Source of the DNA: an uncultured bacterium
GTDB lineage: Bacteria; Armatimonadota; Abditibacteriia; Abditibacteriales; Abditibacteriaceae
NCBI GenBank assembly: GCA_963843795.1
Contig: CAWJLW010000009.1
Coordinates: forward strand, 1-64,000
DNA: 64,000 nt
Reading direction: 5' to 3'
The notes under the pieces were generated by a model. The model saw nothing but the letters and a program-made list of their open reading frames with translations, ran no database searches and had not been told where the DNA came from. Both the position numbers and the translations under genes were made by a program. Below, one piece after another: positions 60,752-64,000 of this stretch; positions within the stretch are counted from its first letter, which is position 1, and every line of letters starts with the position of its first letter.

Positions 60752-63185
60752 ATGATGCCGAATCACAAAAAACTATGCTGACCACAACCAGACCGCCCGA
60801 AGTCCAACAAATTTTAGATGCCGAAGAATTGCGTCTCACCGATGCTTACTGGCGCGCGGCGAATTATCTGTCGGTCGGGCAGATTTTTCTGTTCGACAAT
60901 CCGCTGCTCAAGCGCCCGCTGATGGACGCTGATGTCAAACGCATGCTGCTCGGGCACTGGGGCACGACGCCGGGGCAGAACTTTATTTATGTCCATCTGA
61001 ACCGCGCGATTAAGAAATACGACCTCGATATGATTTACGTTTCCGGCCCCGGTCACGGTGGCCCGGCGGTGGTGGGAAATGTGTATCTCGAAGGCACTTA
61101 CAGCGAGGTTTATCCCGAAATCAGTCAGGACGAAGCTGGATTGCAGAAGCTGTTTTTGCAGTTCTCGTTTCCCGGCGGCATTCCCAGCCACGTTTCGCCC
61201 GAAACGCCCGGCTCCATTCACGAAGGCGGCGAACTGGGCTATTCGCTTAGCCATTCGTTTCGGCGCGGTTTTCGATAATCCCGACTTGATTGTGGCGTGT
61301 GTCGTCGGCGATGGCGAAGCCGAAACCGGCCCGCTGGCGACAGCGTGGCACTCCAACAAATTTCTCAATGCAGCAACCGATGGCGCAGTGCTGCCGATTC
61401 TGCATTTGAACGGTTATAAAATCGCCAATCCAACGCTTTTGGCGCGTATTCCTCGCGAGGAATTGGAACAGTTGATGCGTGGCTACGGCTGGGAGCCGCT
61501 TTTTGTCGAAGGCCACGAAGCCGAACCGATGCATCAGAAGATGGCCGCGACGCTCGATATTGCCATCGAGAAAATCAAAAGCCTTCAAGAAAACGCGCGT
61601 GTGAATGGCGACACCGCGCGACCGCGTTGGCCGATGATTGTGCTCAATTCGCCCAAAGGTTGGACGGGGCCGGAAGTCGTGGACGGACTGCAAATCGAAG
61701 GCACCTTTCGCGCGCATCAGGTGCCGCTGCATCCGCACGCGCATCCCGAACATTTGAAGCTGCTCGAAAATTGGATGCGCAGCTATCGGCCCGAAGAACT
61801 GTTCGATGAAACGGGCCGATTGAACGCCGATTTAGCGGCACTCGCGCCCGAAGGCGCGCAGCGTATGGGCGCCAATCCGCACGCCAACGGCGGTCTGTTG
61901 CTGCACGATTTGAAGATGCCGGATTTCCGCGATTACGCCGAAGACGTGCCGTCGCCGGGCGTGCGCGGCATCGGCGATACGCACGTCGCGGGCCGTTTTC
62001 TTCGCGATGTCGCGAAGCTCAATCAGGCGCAGCGCAACTTTCGCGTTTTCGGGCCGGACGAAACGCTTTCCAACGGTTTGGAAGCGCTTTTCGATGTGAC
62101 CGAGCGCCAATGGGAAGGCGAGACTGTTCCCAATGACGAGTTTCTCGCGCCGAGCGGGCGCGTGATGGAAATGCTCAGCGAGCATCAGTGCGAAGGCTGG
62201 CTCGAAGGCTATTTGCTCACCGGGCGGCACGGGCTTTTCAACTGCTACGAGGCGTTCATTCACATCATCGACTCGATGTTCAATCAGCACGCCAAGTGGC
62301 TCAAAGTCACGTCGGGTTTGCCGTGGCGTCGCCCGATTGCCTCGCTCAATTATCTGCTGGCTTCGCACGTCTGGCGGCAAGACCACAACGGTTTCACGCA
62401 TCAAGACCCCGGATTTCATCGACCACGTCGTCAACAAAAAAGCCGAAGTCGTGCGCGTTTATCTGCCGCCGGACGCCAACTGCTTGCTCTCGGTCATGGA
62501 TCATTGTCTGCGCAGTCGGCATTATGTCAACGTGGTGATTGCAGGCAAGCATCCGGCTCCGCAGTGGCTGACGATGGACGCTGCGGTCAAGCATTGCACG
62601 CAGGGTATCGGCATCTGGCAGTGGGCGAGCAACGATCAGGAAGTCGCGCCCGATGTGGTGATGGCGTGTTGCGGCGACGTGCCAACGCTGGAAACGCTCG
62701 CCGCCGTTTCGATTCTGCGCGCGCATCTGCCCGACCTCAAAATCCGCGTCGTCAACGTGGTTGACTTAATGCGACTTCAACCGGAAAGCGAGCATCCGCA
62801 CGGCCTGAGCGATACCGATTTCGACGCGCTTTTCACCAAAAGCACGACGGTCATTTTCGCCTTTCACGCTTATCCGTGGTTGATTCATCGCCTGACCTAT
62901 CGCCGCACCAATCACGACAATATCCACGTTCGCGGCTACAAGGAAGAGGGCACCATCACCACGCCTTTCGACATGACAGTGCTCAACGAACTCGACCGTT
63001 TTCATCTGGTGATGGACGTGATCGACCGCGTGCCGCAAACCGGCGAACGCGGCATTTATCTGCGCCAGCAACTGCGCGATAAGCTCATCGAGCACAAGCA
63101 ATACATCCGCGAAAATGGCGAAGATATGCCGGAAATCCGCAACTGGAAATGGGAGATTCCTCATGAACAAACAAGCTCTGCTTGA
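60748..63185 (+). CDS. xfp: Xylulose-5-P/fructose-6-P phosphoketolase with two +1 frameshifts (about 61260 and 62415)
   Basis: [53 protein letters not shown] across three overlapping ORFs. Confidence 0.95.
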
Positions 63186-64000
63186 TACCGCAACCGCGCT
63201 TATGGCCGCCGACAAAGGCTTGCTGGCGATGGACGAGAGTACTCCGACCTGCGACAAGCGTTTCGCTGCACTCGATATTCCGCAAACCGTCGAAATGCGC
63301 CGCGCTTATCGCGAACTGATTGTCACCACGCCCAAACTCGGCGAATCGATCAGCGGCGCGATTCTCTTCGATGAAACGATTCGCCAGCACACTAAAGAAG
63401 GCAAGCCGTTCGTGCAAGTACTTGCCGAGGCCGGAATTATTCCCGGCATCAAAGTGGACGCGGGCGCTAAAGATTTGGCCGGTCACGCGGGCGAAAAAGT
63501 CACCGAAGGTCTGGACGGGCTGCGCGAACGACTGGCCGAATACGCGCAAATGGGCGCGCGTTTCGCCAAATGGCGCGCGGTGATCGCGATTGGCGACGGC
63601 ATTCCCAGCCGCGCGTGTATCGAGGCCAACGCGCACGCTCTGGCGCGTTATGCCGCGCTGTGTCAGGAAGCCGAACTCGTGCCTATCGTCGAGCCGGAAG
63701 TTTTGATGGACGGCAATCACACGCTCGAACGTTGCGCCGCTGTAACTGACGAAACGCTGCACACGGTTTTCGATCAGCTTCACGTGCAAGGCGTGATGCT
63801 CGAAGGCATGCTGCTCAAGCCCAACATGGTCGTCGCGGGCTTGGATTGCCCGCAGCAGGAAAGTATCGAAACCGTCGCCGATGCGACGATGAATTGTCTT
63901 TTGCGCAACGTGCCCGCTGCCGTTGCGGGCGTGGCGTTTTTGTCGGGCGGACAATCCGCCGAACTCGCTTCGGCGCGCTTGAACGCGATGAACGTGCGCT
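63163..64000 (+). CDS. Class I fructose-bisphosphate aldolase, 3'-truncated by the window edge
   Basis: Own translation from ATG 63163: [49 protein letters not shown]. Confidence 0.95.
   Translation, partial: MNKQALLDTATALMAADKGLLAMDESTPTCDKRFAALDIPQTVEMRRAYRELIVTTPKLGESISGAILFDETIRQHTKEGKPFVQVLAEAGIIPGIKVDAGAKDLAGHAGEKVTEGLDGLRERLAEYAQMGARFAKWRAVIAIGDGIPSRACIEANAHALARYAALCQEAELVPIVEPEVLMDGNHTLERCAAVTDETLHTVFDQLHVQGVMLEGMLLKPNMVVAGLDCPQQESIETVADATMNCLLRNVPAAVAGVAFLSGGQSAELASARLNAMNVR

Overview
Bacterial chromosomal window of moderately high GC content. Gene content suggests a soil Armatimonadota/Abditibacteriota- or PVC-like organism, but that is inference only. It contains: (i) a plant-polysaccharide utilisation region (GH95, CE1-type esterase, GH127/146, a CE6-GH10-CE1 fusion, SGNH, tandem CE12, PL22, PL4, GH106); (ii) two giant uncharacterised secreted paralogues flanking a GntR/LacI-type regulator; (iii) an RsbQ-like hydrolase with a PAS kinase next to a degraded IS3 element; (iv) a PSCyt1/DUF1549/DUF1553 + DUF1501 pair; (v) two mirror-image hybrid-kinase operons, one with a LOV domain; (vi) a GNAT-ackA-xfp-aldolase operon. 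The most striking signal is a 12-bp palindrome, GCAAGTACTTGC (consensus cTGCAAGTACTTGCAg). I counted 29 exact copies by eye, against about 0.004 expected for a random 12-mer. Copies lie inside genes (mostly read as QVLA) and at the centre of long locus-specific perfect palindromes, as for an HIP1/DUS-like or nucleoid-protein-binding motif. Several genes carry single-base +1 frameshifts that look like sequencing errors. All family assignments are by motif recognition; no database search was run.
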